A stretch of 63,864 bases of DNA, filler included, from Perkinsus chesapeaki ATCC PRA-425 (GCA_013115145.1; 13 parts of 13 records of this genome joined end to end with filler, not necessarily neighbours in it), one strand, 5' to 3'; shown: positions 1-10,780, counted from the whole stretch's first letter. Translations and numbers: made by a program. The notes: generated by a model not told the origin, from the letters alone.

Positions 1-384
1 CTTGGTGTGGATTTTAATAATTTGTTGGGTTTAATTCCAACACTGCGGCTCAGGTACGATATCCCAGCGAATGAGGAAGTCACCTTGCGTTACTCTTGTA
101 TATCCTACAATCATCAGTCTACATGAACAACTCTATCAGTATAATGAGGACTACGAGTCTGTTAGCGTGTTACCATAACCATGAACGTACGTGGAATGTT
201 TCACTGATAACACAACTGCTGGTCTTCAATGTCGTCTGATAAGTCAAGATATTAGTGGCTCAATTAATTTATTTAGTCAACATCATAGTTTAGTTCATCA
301 CTCTCCGGTTCTGAAGCGGCGGCTCATCTTTCAACCATCACTATTCTTCCTTTCTCCATCAATGAATAGTTGGGTCGCTGCCTC

Positions 385-3132
385 TCACGCAGCCTCTTTT
401 TTAAGAGTACCTACCAGGGACTTGCTTTTTTCATCATTCGTGTCACCCAAAATGTAGCCAACCTCTTCAAACCCTTCGGCTTCTGCGTTTCCTCCCCCAT
501 CCGACTTGGGCTGGTCTTCTTCCTGGACCATCAGTTCCGTAATCGGGGCTTCTTCCTGGACCATCATTTCCCTGAGCGGGTCTTCTTCCTGGACCATCAT
601 TTCCCTGAGCGGATCTTCTTCCTGGACCATCATTTCCCTAAGCGGGTCTTCTTCCTGGACCATCATTTCCCTAAGCGGGTCTTCTTCCTGGACCATCATT
701 TCCCTGAGCGGGTCTTCTTCCTGGACCATAATTTCCCTTAGCGGGTCTTCTCGACGTTGAGCTCCCGTTGGCTGTGTCAAAATGGACCGTGGTCGAGCAT
801 TGACTATTCTCGCTGCCTCTGGAAGGACCGCGGTCGTCGGCATCTGCAGAAAGGCTACTAGCCCAAGGTTCCTGCTATTATGCTCTTCATCTACTTCGCG
901 CGCTGTGGATTTATCATACCTGCGACACTCCATTTTCCTACAATGTTTGCTCAGGACCAGGGTCCCGGGTTCACTCACCGAGGACGGCCCGCTGGAGTAC
1001 CTCCCGGGATAGTGAAGTCCTTCCAATGGTATCCAGTGAGCGCGTTTTCAAGGAGGTAGACGCCAATAAGGTGTTTGCATACCGAGGTTCTGCCTCGTGG
1101 ACAATTGCATTCATAGCAAGGAGTCTTTCGTTCAACCACAATTATGTTGGTCATGAGGAGTTGGAATTCCTCCCACGAAGCCCAGGCTGACGCGTTTTCG
1201 CTCTCGTACTTCATCTCGAAGCCTTGCATTATCCGCTCTAACTCGCCACTCCCGCTCCGGCACGCTTTAACCAACCGGTAACTCGGTATATAATACCTCG
1301 ACTTCTTATCGTTCGTCCAGATATTAGAAGCACTAAGTGTTCTCGTCCACTTCCCACCTTCTCTGACAAACTTCATATCTATTTTACCCTCCTCGGTCTC
1401 GGTTTTCAAGTTTGCTTCCGCCCGACGGCTGTAGTTGAAGCACAGTTCCATTAGCTGTACTGTTAGAGCTGCGATGGATGTCCCCTTTTCGATGTCTCCT
1501 GCCGTACAGAGTAATGCTCTCGGACTACTTTGGTTTTTCAACCTACCCTCCTTCAACGCACGATTCGTAGCTTCGCATGCATTATTCGATCTTGCTATAT
1601 AATTTGGTACCTGTGAGAATGATGTATGTTTCGAGTACCTTGTGAAATCCCGCAGAACCATGCGCTCACCTGAACATCAATCATAACCAGTAAACACATT
1701 GAATGTTCTACCTCGTCAGGCACCCCTTGAGCCCATAGGCACTTCTTCTGAATCCAATTGCCTCTGAAATATGTGATTAGCTCCTTATGGTGTTTTTCCC
1801 ATCTGCTTGTCATTAGCTCGCAAGCGATGCCAAAATGGCGTTCGCTCGAGCAATTCTGCAGAAATGCAACTGCCACACGGAATCGATCCTTCTCTTTTTT
1901 CGCCCACGTGGCCTCCACGGTATTAGAAGCTTTAATATACTTGTTCAGGGCTTTGTTAACGTTGTCTCTTAAATGTACGTGACAGTGAAACCGTAGGTTT
2001 CTCGGGACCGTGCCTGTCACGGAGGGGGTGGGTCGTTCCAGCCTATAGTTTTCGTTCATGGAATCAGGCATGAAAGGCCCGTGTACCTGAATACAACGAT
2101 TTGAATCAATTGAGTCAATTAACGTACGGCTTCGAAACCATTACTAAATGCGCCTGCACAATCAGCAATCAAGATGAATGGATGGTGTGGAATATCCAGC
2201 TTCGCACACCATTCTTTTATAGCTCGCATACCTGCCTCTATATGAATGCCGTCCTCCCTACTACTGTAGCCTATAGCGAGTAATTGGAAACTTCCTCTAA
2301 TTGAGTGAGTTCCAAGTAAAAGGGTGGGGATACCCACCCAGGATAAACCGTGGGTGTAGTCTCCCACCAGCACATTCGAAGTCGCATGATTCTTCAGTAA
2401 AGATACCGAACTGAAATACGCGTAATATTCCCCGTTCGGATCTAAGGACGAAGCGAGACAGAAAGCTTGAGAGTCATCGGTGAGAGGTATGCCATTTTCT
2501 GGACATGGAAGGCTCTCTACGTAGTTTTGTAGCTCAATAAAGGACTTCCCCAGGCCCTTATCTTCGAGTACTTTGGAACGCACGGTGTAACGGCGGTTAT
2601 ATACTTGCCTCCGTACCGCATCAGAAGGTGGGAGAAGCTTCTGGCGATCAAGTTTATACACCGTCTTTCGCGCAGGAAGCTTGTCTCTTGCGTCTGCGTC
2701 AATAATATTCCTCGCAGCAGGGGTCAGTCGAGGAGCCTTCGCGCGGAAAGTAGCTATCCGCTCATGCGCTGCGTGCTCAGCCGGAGCTTCGAGAAAGTAC
2801 TCGTTATTGCCGTGAATAATATGAAGAGTCCATGGGCAGCGTTGCCAGCCGACTCTATCCCCGTACGGACACCGATAAACATCAACTTTTTCGTTTCCCG
2901 CACGTATCTTTCGATCTTTTTTACAGAGAGTTTCCGGACATACGCCAGACAGTACCGTACCAGCTTCCAGAGCAGTGTCGAAGGTATCATAGGGACCGCG
3001 CTGCACTCTGTGTTCCCTACGTCGTCGCGGGAGAGGGCCTAATTGTGGGAAGGGTCTGGAAGGAGTCGGAAGTGGGCCGGTAGTTAAATCCAATGATATC
3101 GGGGCCAGAAATGATCGAGTATTAGAGGTCAT
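385..3132 (-). mobile_element. Mutator-like (MULE) DDE transposase gene, 4 exons, about 854 aa
   Basis: GT-AG introns at 2087-2127, 1611-1711 and 938-978 join four ORFs in frame. Motifs: WRKY/GCM-like finger (YRCPY..CPW..HAAH), VGDYTH (D1), IADCAGAFSN (D2), HCHVH (CxxH), SNNACEATN (E), SWIM finger (CNC..CKH), GRPR, acidic tail. Confidence 0.88.
511..750. repeat. 33-bp coding tandem repeat, about 7 copies (QEEDPLREMMV)n in the transposase tail
   Basis: Unit gggtcttcttcctggaccatcatttccctgagc is repeated head to tail with no spacers. Confidence 0.95.
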
Positions 3133-3336
3133 CAAAATGAATCCGATTCAACGAATACCTAATTCAATGACGGCTCACGGACCGGTTCCCATACTTGTTG
3201 AACCCAACAGGCACTGGCTTTAATCAGAAATGGGAGCTATTTAATTATTAGATGATCCCTATGAGCTATATTCGCAACTTGCAATCAAGAAGTCAGCCCT
3301 AGCCAGGCTACTTGTCATCTTCGGACTCTAAGTTAA

Positions 3337-4085
3337 TCACTTGATTACGTGTAGCGCCACTGTCTTTTCCTTCTCTCGAGGATGTGGCGGGAAACGGATC
3401 TTGCAGTGAGATCTTTTCCATAATCGCGTTGCTTGAGTTGATCGATAACTGAAAACAAGGCACTGGTAGTGTATCAGTGACATCGGAGATATTTTGAATT
3501 GTGCATATTCCTTATCCAAGACTATTCGAGATTTTAAATCTCAAATTTGATAAACTGCATATACTCACCTCGTACACTCCTTGTGGATTGTACTGCGGAT
3601 GAGCTTTTCTGATACTTACTCCATTGCCTTGAAGAATGTAGCAACTAGCCTCTTTGACCATAGGCGAGAAATGCTCACAGGCCTGCGAGTTAAGGACTCC
3701 TTAGCGATGCTGATTCAGCATGAGGACTTCACAAGCGTCCTCAGTGAGGAGTCCTCACTGAGGACGCAGCTTGTGAGGCCCTTGTCGCAGTGATGAATGC
3801 TTACCTTATTCCAAAAGTATGCTCGAATACGCATACCGCATCTATCCACAAACTCTGCCCAAAAGAATTTACCTGGCTTGGCACGGAATTGTCGGCTTGG
3901 TATACGCTTGGCAACGCGCACCATGATTGCCCAACTGGAGAGAAGGTCAATAACGTGAATGCATGTCCATTGTTGTTGTACTCCCGATTAATTCCCGGCT
4001 GCAAATCTTGGATCGGCGTGTAGAGCTGCGCTGCTTCGGGAAGCTTGGTACACTCAACCGTAGACCCAACACGATCCGCAAGCAA
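3337..4085 (-). CDS. RPA70-like OB-fold ssDNA-binding protein (spliced; ends uncertain)
   Basis: Removing introns 3935-3981 and 3683-3804 gives TPIQDLQPGINRDWAIMVRVAKRIPSRQFRAKPGKFFWAEFVDRCGMRIRAYFWNKACEHFSPMVKEASCYILQGNGVSIRKAHPQYNPQGVYE. This follows the RPA70 DBD-A pattern (PI.SL.P...W.I..RV..K..GK.F..EL.D..G.IRA..FN). Confidence 0.78.
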
Positions 4086-4323
4086 CCTAAAAGCAATAAC
4101 AATGAAAAAAGCTAAGTAATGGTGTCAGGGCAGTTTCCGTAGTAAACTTTACGAAGCGAGTCGCATGGACTCCGAGCTCGGAGCAGCTCAAAAGTTCAGG
4201 ATATAAGAGCTTGAGGTTCCCACCAGGCTTTGGCACGACTCCAGATAAAGCTGCAATGATTAGGAAAGTAAGCGGTACTAGTGAGCGATATAAATCGAAA
4301 AAGTGATTCTATGGGCGACCAAC

Positions 4324-4698
4324 TTACGTTGTCTTGCTCCCAAGGGGCGGTGGTCTGTTGTGCGGCATGTGCTGCTTTCTAACAGCTTCCACCACAAACC
4401 GCTTATCCACTGGGCTTTGGATTATACGAGCAGAGAAATCGCACGACCTCTCTCTTCTATAGTACGGGCATACATATCTGGCCACCTTGGATCCATCGGC
4501 AGTATAGTACGGCCCTCCCGGTGTTCGAAGGGGCCCAACAATATTCTCTAGTGCGGACCTGGCCATTGCCTCGCTTTCATACCGATCTGGGGTGCTCTCG
4601 AAGGGTGAGTATGTCCCATTACCGCGCAGGGCTTCGTCCGACATGTGACCAAGTGCAGAAATAAGATAAGCTGAGGAAGCCAATGCTGACAACGTCAA
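4324..4698 (-). CDS. WRKY/FLYWCH/GCM-like C2H2 Zn-finger ORF (probably one exon of a larger gene)
   Basis: YVCPYYRRERSCDFSARIIQ...QHMPH has the same YxCPY..C..HxxH layout as the N-terminal finger of the neighbouring transposase. Confidence 0.55.
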   Translation of the reverse strand: MTLSALASSAYLISALGHMSDEALRGNGTYSPFESTPDRYESEAMARSALENIVGPLRTPGGPYYTADGSKVARYVCPYYRRERSCDFSARIIQSPVDKRFVVEAVRKQHMPHNRPPPLGSKTT

Positions 4699-5408
4699 CC
4701 TGAATTAGAATTAATGATTAATTCTATATTGTGGTCCATAAGATCAGCCAGTATCTGCTCCCTCGCGGGATGCGAAGCTGGCATGTTCCCTTGAGATGTC
4801 TGCATAGCCATTAGTATGGAAAGTATGTAGGTATGAAAACTGTATGAAGCCGTATGAGTTTATCGTGAGCGAACGCAAAGCAGTTTCCAATGTGTTGTGT
4901 GACAGATGCATTCACTTCCGGTGGACTCTCTGATCAAATGCTCCGGACTAGAATTAATTTCCTTACATCTTGGCTCATCATATATGCCAATGACTCTAGA
5001 AAATCTTCTCTCCTCTAACTTTACAAGTTCAGTCACGAGGCCGACGACGGAGGAGCGGTCTGTGGCCTTCACCGACCTGATGAAGCGGATTCACGGGGAT
5101 ACTGTACAGAGCGGAATAGAGAGGTTAGTCGACAAGACTGGACATGCTCATGTGAAATCCCGACTCGATCAACTGATGCACGAGTAATTTTTCGACAGGA
5201 GTACTCGCTACTACTTACTTTCGTGATCTTCAGCTGTGGTCTACTGCTGTTCCCTTGAGGCTCTTGTGTTTGCGAGCCCGCTACCTGATACAAAACGTCG
5301 TGAATGTACGTCAACCCTTTACGAATACACTGCATCTCACATACAACATGAGATTTGTTTAGTTACTGCAGCCTAATCTATTGGATAAATAGATTAGTAG
5401 ATCAGATG

Positions 5409-7134
5409 CTATGGATTAGGCTCATACGAGAATCTCACTTGCAAATCCTCCTCTGTTTGTTTGGGAACATTAGCGTGCTCGTCGGAGATGTTATTCGACT
5501 TGATGGTAATGAATCTCGGGAGGGAGACAACCTCATCTTCTTCGTCGAAGTATTCAAGAGGATATCGCCAGGTTATGGGCTCACCGGGATAAATATGACG
5601 CTTAGCCTTCACGCATACTCCGGCTTGTAGGCCATGCAACTGTGTGTTAGGCTCCGCCGAGTGATTTACCAAGTACCATATATCCCCACTCCCGATTGGA
5701 TCCTCTAGACTGAACGTCGACCGGTTGTAGTAAGCCCACAGACGATTGCCGCGCTCGTCAATCAACCAGACCATACTATCCACAGGGTGCCCTTCAGCGA
5801 GCAGTCCATCGACTTGATCACTTCCATCGTTCCTCGCCGAATGTCTGATTACTCGGCAGAACAGTATGCAATCCCCCGGCTCGAAGCAACGGCTTGCAAT
5901 GAGTACCCGGCCGCACACAGCGTGAATTGCGACACGGAGACCCATAGCTTTAAGAAACAATCGATGAGTACAATCCAGTGGGCTAGGCGGTAGGTCCATA
6001 ACAACCTGTCGTGTACGGGTGTTGAATCTATGTGATAACTGGCCAGTTGGACCACGTGATGCAATTTTTATATCGGTGCGTAAGAGTTTGTCGTCGAAGG
6101 ACGAAGAGGGACCACGAAGCTCCGACCTCATAACAAGCTTCAATGAAGCACACGGTGTCATCCATATATCCTTATATTTATGCTCGAAGTAGGTACAGAC
6201 GCCAGTAGCACCGCTCGTCACAGCTAAACAGAAGCTCGAGTGAGGCCACCACCTTCCCCACAATGAGCCGTCGGCTTCATACAAATTTCCTCTATCACAC
6301 ATCCGTAGCTTACGAGGCTTTTTAGTGTAGGTGCCGGATTGGCAAGCGGCACTACGGGATGCCCACATTACTAATCTAGCCGGGCACTTGGGGAAGCGCG
6401 TCGATATGAGGTCATGGGCATGCAGTCCTTGGTCTATCATGGGGAGGTCAAGCCCTTCAGCATCGCGAGGAATCATATCCCGGGAAAGGTCACCATCGGT
6501 AGTATCACGAGGAATCATATCCCGGGAAAGGTCACCATCGGTAGTATCACGAGGAATCATATCCCGGGAAAGGTCACCATNNNNNNNNNNNNNNNNNNNN
6601 NNNNNNNNNNNNNNNNNNNNNNNNNNNNNNNNNNNNNNNNNNNNNNNNNNNNNNNNNNNNNNNNNNNNNNNNNNNNNNNNCGGTAGTATCACGAGGAATT
6701 ATATTCTGGGAAAGGTCACCATCGGTAGTATCGTCAGAGATCGTTTCCCAGGGGAGGACTACCTGCTCGTCAATAGCAGCATTGTTCATCTCTCGAGTAG
6801 AAGGTCGGCAAATACGAAGATTATCGGCTGCCCATTCCTCGGAATCCGGCCCTAGTCCGCGTGCTACCTTCCAAACTGCGGATGCGTCACCTGGACGAAG
6901 AAACAGGCCGAACGGAGAATGCAAGACCTGTCGGCTGTGAATCAGAGCCCGCCAACGCTGAGAGACTTCCATTATACGATACGGGCGAAGATTTCTCAAG
7001 ATTCGCAGCTCGATGGGATGAGGCGTAACCCCAGCGGACAGTAAGAGTGCTGCGAGGGACCGCAATTCGTTGCGTTTTGCCGCCCCGAGACGTGAGTTCT
7101 TGCGACCCGGTCTCTTGCCCGTGGATGAACTCAT
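5409..7134 (-). CDS. Intronless SET-domain protein spanning the N gap
   Basis: CGRVLIASRCFEPGDCIL (motif I), YLVNHSAEPN (NHS..PN) and IYPGEPITWRY (GE.IT..Y). ORFs 6574-7134 and 5409-6692 share the repeat on either side of the gap. Confidence 0.85.
6467..6733. repeat. 42-bp coding tandem repeat (DTTDGDLSRDMIPR)n
   Basis: Unit gaggaatcatatcccgggaaaggtcaccatcggtagtatcac; the copy number is hidden by the gap. Confidence 0.93.
6581..6680. other. Plain 100-N gap inside a 42-bp tandem repeat
   Basis: No TTAATTAATTAA linker. The same repeat unit flanks both sides, so the repeat was probably collapsed within one scaffold. Confidence 0.95.
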
Positions 7135-7966
7135 AACAGCACCAACCTAGGATGAGTGAAGAAAGTAAGACTGCATCCTGAATACCCTTCTCCCTCGGCC
7201 CAATACTGACTCTATGCTGTTTGGAAGCCTAGAAACTGCATGTGACCGCGCAACTGCGGTGACCGTTGTCACCGGCGGCCACTCGGTTCAGTGTTCGGTT
7301 CAATTCGGGTTTTCAGATGTATTTCGGTTCTCCTGGCTACCACTTGCTTGTGCAAATGAGAGATTGTTAGATGATGTTAGATGGCACCACGTATCTCATA
7401 GGATAATGCTGTCAGCAAAAAGTACAATAGGCATTTCAGTCAGGAAACGGAATAGCTAAAGAACCAAGTGTCTATAGGCAGTTGCGCCATCCGGAATGTG
7501 ATTTATATGTGATTCATATGTTTTATTTAATGTGACATATCGCCAACCACGCAACGGGTGGTTTCCACGAGATGATGATGTCAGTGCGAGCGTCCTCCAC
7601 TATCCACTACGAGAACTTCTTTAGCACCGATTGGGGGCCTCAATTTGAGGAAACTCGACGACAACTGTGGCCACATTGGACAACTGTGGCCACAATTTGC
7701 ACCGGATCGGTAGGAAAATCACCGCTTCAAGCTCGTACTACGCGCCTAGCATTGCCCGACAAACGTGAAGAGAAAATCAAGGTCATTTCTCTGTGATTTG
7801 ATGTGTTTACAGTTATTTCGTCACATGGCCACATAAAACGAAGCGTTTTATAAAAGAGAAGACTTTGGAACAGTTCCATAAACAACCCTAACAACATCGT
7901 GGCTCGCCTTGTACATTGGTGGAAATCGCCCTAGCTTTACCCCATTGCAGCCCTCGAGCCGGTCAA

Positions 7967-8066
7967 NNNNNNNNNNNNNNNNNNNNNNNNNNNNNNNNNN
8001 NNNNNNNNNNTTAATTAATTAANNNNNNNNNNNNNNNNNNNNNNNNNNNNNNNNNNNNNNNNNNNN
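7967..8066. other. Artificial scaffolding spacer (first of 12)
   Basis: N44-TTAATTAATTAA-N44 = 100 bp. The same spacer is at 12364-12463, 13820-13919, 16323-16422, 19012-19111, 23942-24041, 25196-25295, 50127-50226, 51421-51520, 53327-53426, 59803-59902 and 62554-62653. Confidence 0.98.
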
Positions 8067-9203
8067 TACTGGTGGTTGACACCTCAGCAAGTATCGAGAT
8101 CCATACTTGCTCCATCTCTGAATTGAAATCGGGAGCTACTGCGGTTGGAGAATGCGTCAGAGATCGCTTCTTGGCAACATTCCGAGGGGTTTTTATATGT
8201 GAAACGGAGCCGAACAGATCCTCGTCACTTGGGGCACGGGAAGTATCTTCTGGTGTGTTGTCTATCTTCTGATGCCGTACTTCCTCTTCTACATTCAGTA
8301 TTTGGTCTTCAAAAGATGACCATGATCCTATGCTCTCGGCTTTCTCAAAGGTGTCCATTAATATAGCATCCCCTTCGTCATCCTCCTTTTCGCTAGTACC
8401 CCCACCCTCGGCACTACATGAAGCTTCCCAAGAGGATTCCAGTGCCAGAACCTCTGCTAGGTCATCTTTTCCTACTTGGTCCTCGGAAAGCTCCTCTTCG
8501 AGACAACTGGCTGACGCCTGATTGTTACATAACCGCCCATACTCGAATCCTATCAGAGGCAGGGATGCGCAGTCTGGCGGGGCTAGAGTATAATCGGGGA
8601 ACTTGTTAGGATCTAGAGCACCACTCGCGATGAAGAGCTCAATGTCTCTGGGAGTAACCGACACCGGTGGCACCTTCATATTCAAAGCGAGCTGCCGCCG
8701 TCGGTTATAAGACGAGATAAGCCACGAAAGTCGACAGTCATACACCGTTGCAGCTAGTGCATTCATCGGCCCGAACGCCTTCGCCATCACACTGTGAATG
8801 GATTCCACACGCAATGTACCTGAGCACCAACTTCTTTGGGTCATTGTTCGAGACTCGATCTTCGAGTCATATCACCCCTTAAAGAGCGATACTCGCTCAA
8901 CTCTACTGGATCATTTTTGTAGTTTATACTGCCTATCTTTCGATAAGGAGGATCATCAAGGTTATCCTCGCAACACCTGTTCCTGAGGTGTATGATTTGC
9001 CTCTGTGCTACCTTCAGCAGCCGTTTTGTGATGATGGGGGTTGTAGCTTCTGCCTTGGAGTACGATATGGGTTGCCCAGTGCGTTGAGCATTCTCCAGAG
9101 CGACAGCATCAGCTTTTTGGTAGGAGGCGATAACGTGCTTAACGCGCTCGGCAGTCTCGACACCATCACCTATAACCCTCCGAATAAATCGACAGCGATC
9201 CAC
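8067..9203 (-). mobile_element. Probable C-terminal part of a DDE transposase-like gene
   Basis: Intron 8820-8875 joins two ORFs to give YRSLRGTLRVESIHSVMAKAF, which resembles the catalytic-Glu helix of MULE/Kolobok-type transposases. An acidic low-complexity tail follows. Confidence 0.45.
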
Positions 9204-9362
9204 GCGTGAGATTGGAGTAGTATCCCATCACGGGATACTCCATCTCATATAATCGGGCAAGACGGGAACTTCAAAGGTGACCACTCTTCTTTACTTGTCA
9301 TGTCAATACCTACGGCGTAGCATTGCAGACATAAGCTTGACAAGTGGGATTCATATAGCCTA

Positions 9363-9435
9363 TGCGGCCTGCGAGGATCGAACTCGCGACCTTAGGATTA
9401 TGAGACCTACGCGCTACCTACTGCGCCAAAGCCGC
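9363..9435 (-). tRNA. tRNA-Met (CAT), elongator type
   Basis: GCGGCTTTGGCGCAGTAGGTAGCGCGTAGGTCTCATAATCCTAAGGTCGCGAGTTCGATCCTCGCAGGCCGCA: full cloverleaf, U31:U39 pair, TTCGA T-loop. Confidence 0.95.
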
Positions 9436-9671
9436 TTAAATGAAGAATACTCAGACCTTGACGGGAGCACCTGTATCCCAAATTTTGGAGATAGTTGGGC
9501 GTCACGCTTCCCTACGGCCACGGGAGTGAGAGTAGCGCAGCAAGGGTGTTGTTGTGCAACTGCACAACAATGGAGCCTTAAGCTCAGCTCGATGCTAGTA
9601 CTGCTATTAATGTACTAAGTTAAGATTAGATTTCCAGATTCTTGCCTCACTTTGGTTCCTTGAGTTCCCTG

Positions 9672-10780
9672 ATGGTTAACATGGTGGAGAACCCTCCTGC
9701 ATCTACCCCTACGCCTGTTTCTCAACAAATTGCATCTGCTTTTGGTGTTAGTACTGAGAATATCAGTATTTTACGACATATTACGAACGACGAGTTTAAT
9801 ATGAAGACCGACGAACTTCAACAACAACAAGAACTTGGCTTTGCTACTGTACTTGCTTGGCGTGATTACATGGAGGGTATTAAGAACCCCCCATCGCAAT
9901 CGACTGTACCTTCCTTGTCTGCTTCCTCAGGGCACTCAGACGAAGATCCAGAACTAGTGACGGCACGCATCGTGGAGACGGTTACTAAATTACCTGTGCC
10001 GGACGGAGAATGTTATAATGGTTATCAAGACCGACGTAGTATTAGCTGGTACCTGAAGGAAATTCAGGGTACTGTTAGATTGTATCAACTTTCGGCTCGA
10101 GCAGAGTGGTTGTTCCTTACCAATGCCTTTAAACCCCATGCTAGGTCGGCTTTGCTTAAAGAGGTCGAACGCGATTGCGGTCCTCAGGTCTGGATGTATG
10201 ATTTTGGTGAAATGGTGGCTGCTGCTCATGATTATTTATCGACGAAATATCGCCGCTCTGATGATCCAAGTCGTTATGAAGGTCGCATTATTAATATTAA
10301 ACAACGTAATGGTGAGAGTGTGTTCGCTTATCTTGATAGATCGAGCGATTTGGTATCTCAAGGTCTTAACTGTGGTCTACAACTTTCTGAAGAACAAATA
10401 TGTAATGCTTATCGTCGTGGTCTACTATCCAAGTTGCGCAAGACTGCAAATGTTCAGTTCTCGACATTGACCAGAGCGTCTAAACTTGCGAGTGAGTTAA
10501 GTCGGTTTGCTGAACTTAACCCGTGGGTGTTGGATTCTAACACATCGGATAAGTTCAACTCTGCTCAGGTCACTACTGCTAATAACAGCTCCACTAATGC
10601 CACTGATACTCCTAAGTATGTAACTGAAATGTAACTGATGAATTTAACTATATGCGAAGTAATAAATATTGAATTGCTTATGCTAAAGGTTCTTGTCCAA
10701 GGCCGAATTGTAGGTTTACTCATGCCTCAATTGATGGAATTCGTGAGAAGCTGAAGTTGTCGACACCGTCTACTAATAAA
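9672..10780 (+). pseudogene. Decayed LTR-retrotransposon gag with a CCCH finger
   Basis: Retrotrans_gag-like IKQRNGESVFAYLDR...AYRRGL. An 11-nt duplication at about 10620-10639 causes a frameshift, an in-frame TGA is at 10670, and the reading is interrupted at 10781. Confidence 0.8.

Noticed and set aside
511-6733. 33-bp and 42-bp repeats as CRISPR-like arrays
   Set aside because: Head-to-tail in-frame coding repeats with no spacers and no cas genes, in a eukaryotic context.
1-7966. TIRs enclosing the MULE cluster
   Set aside because: No inverted match found by eye between 1-385 and 7134-7966.
8011-8022. Recurrent palindrome TTAATTAATTAA, and ORFs ending in X...LIN
   Set aside because: An artificial six-frame-stop linker centred in 100-bp N spacers; not biological.
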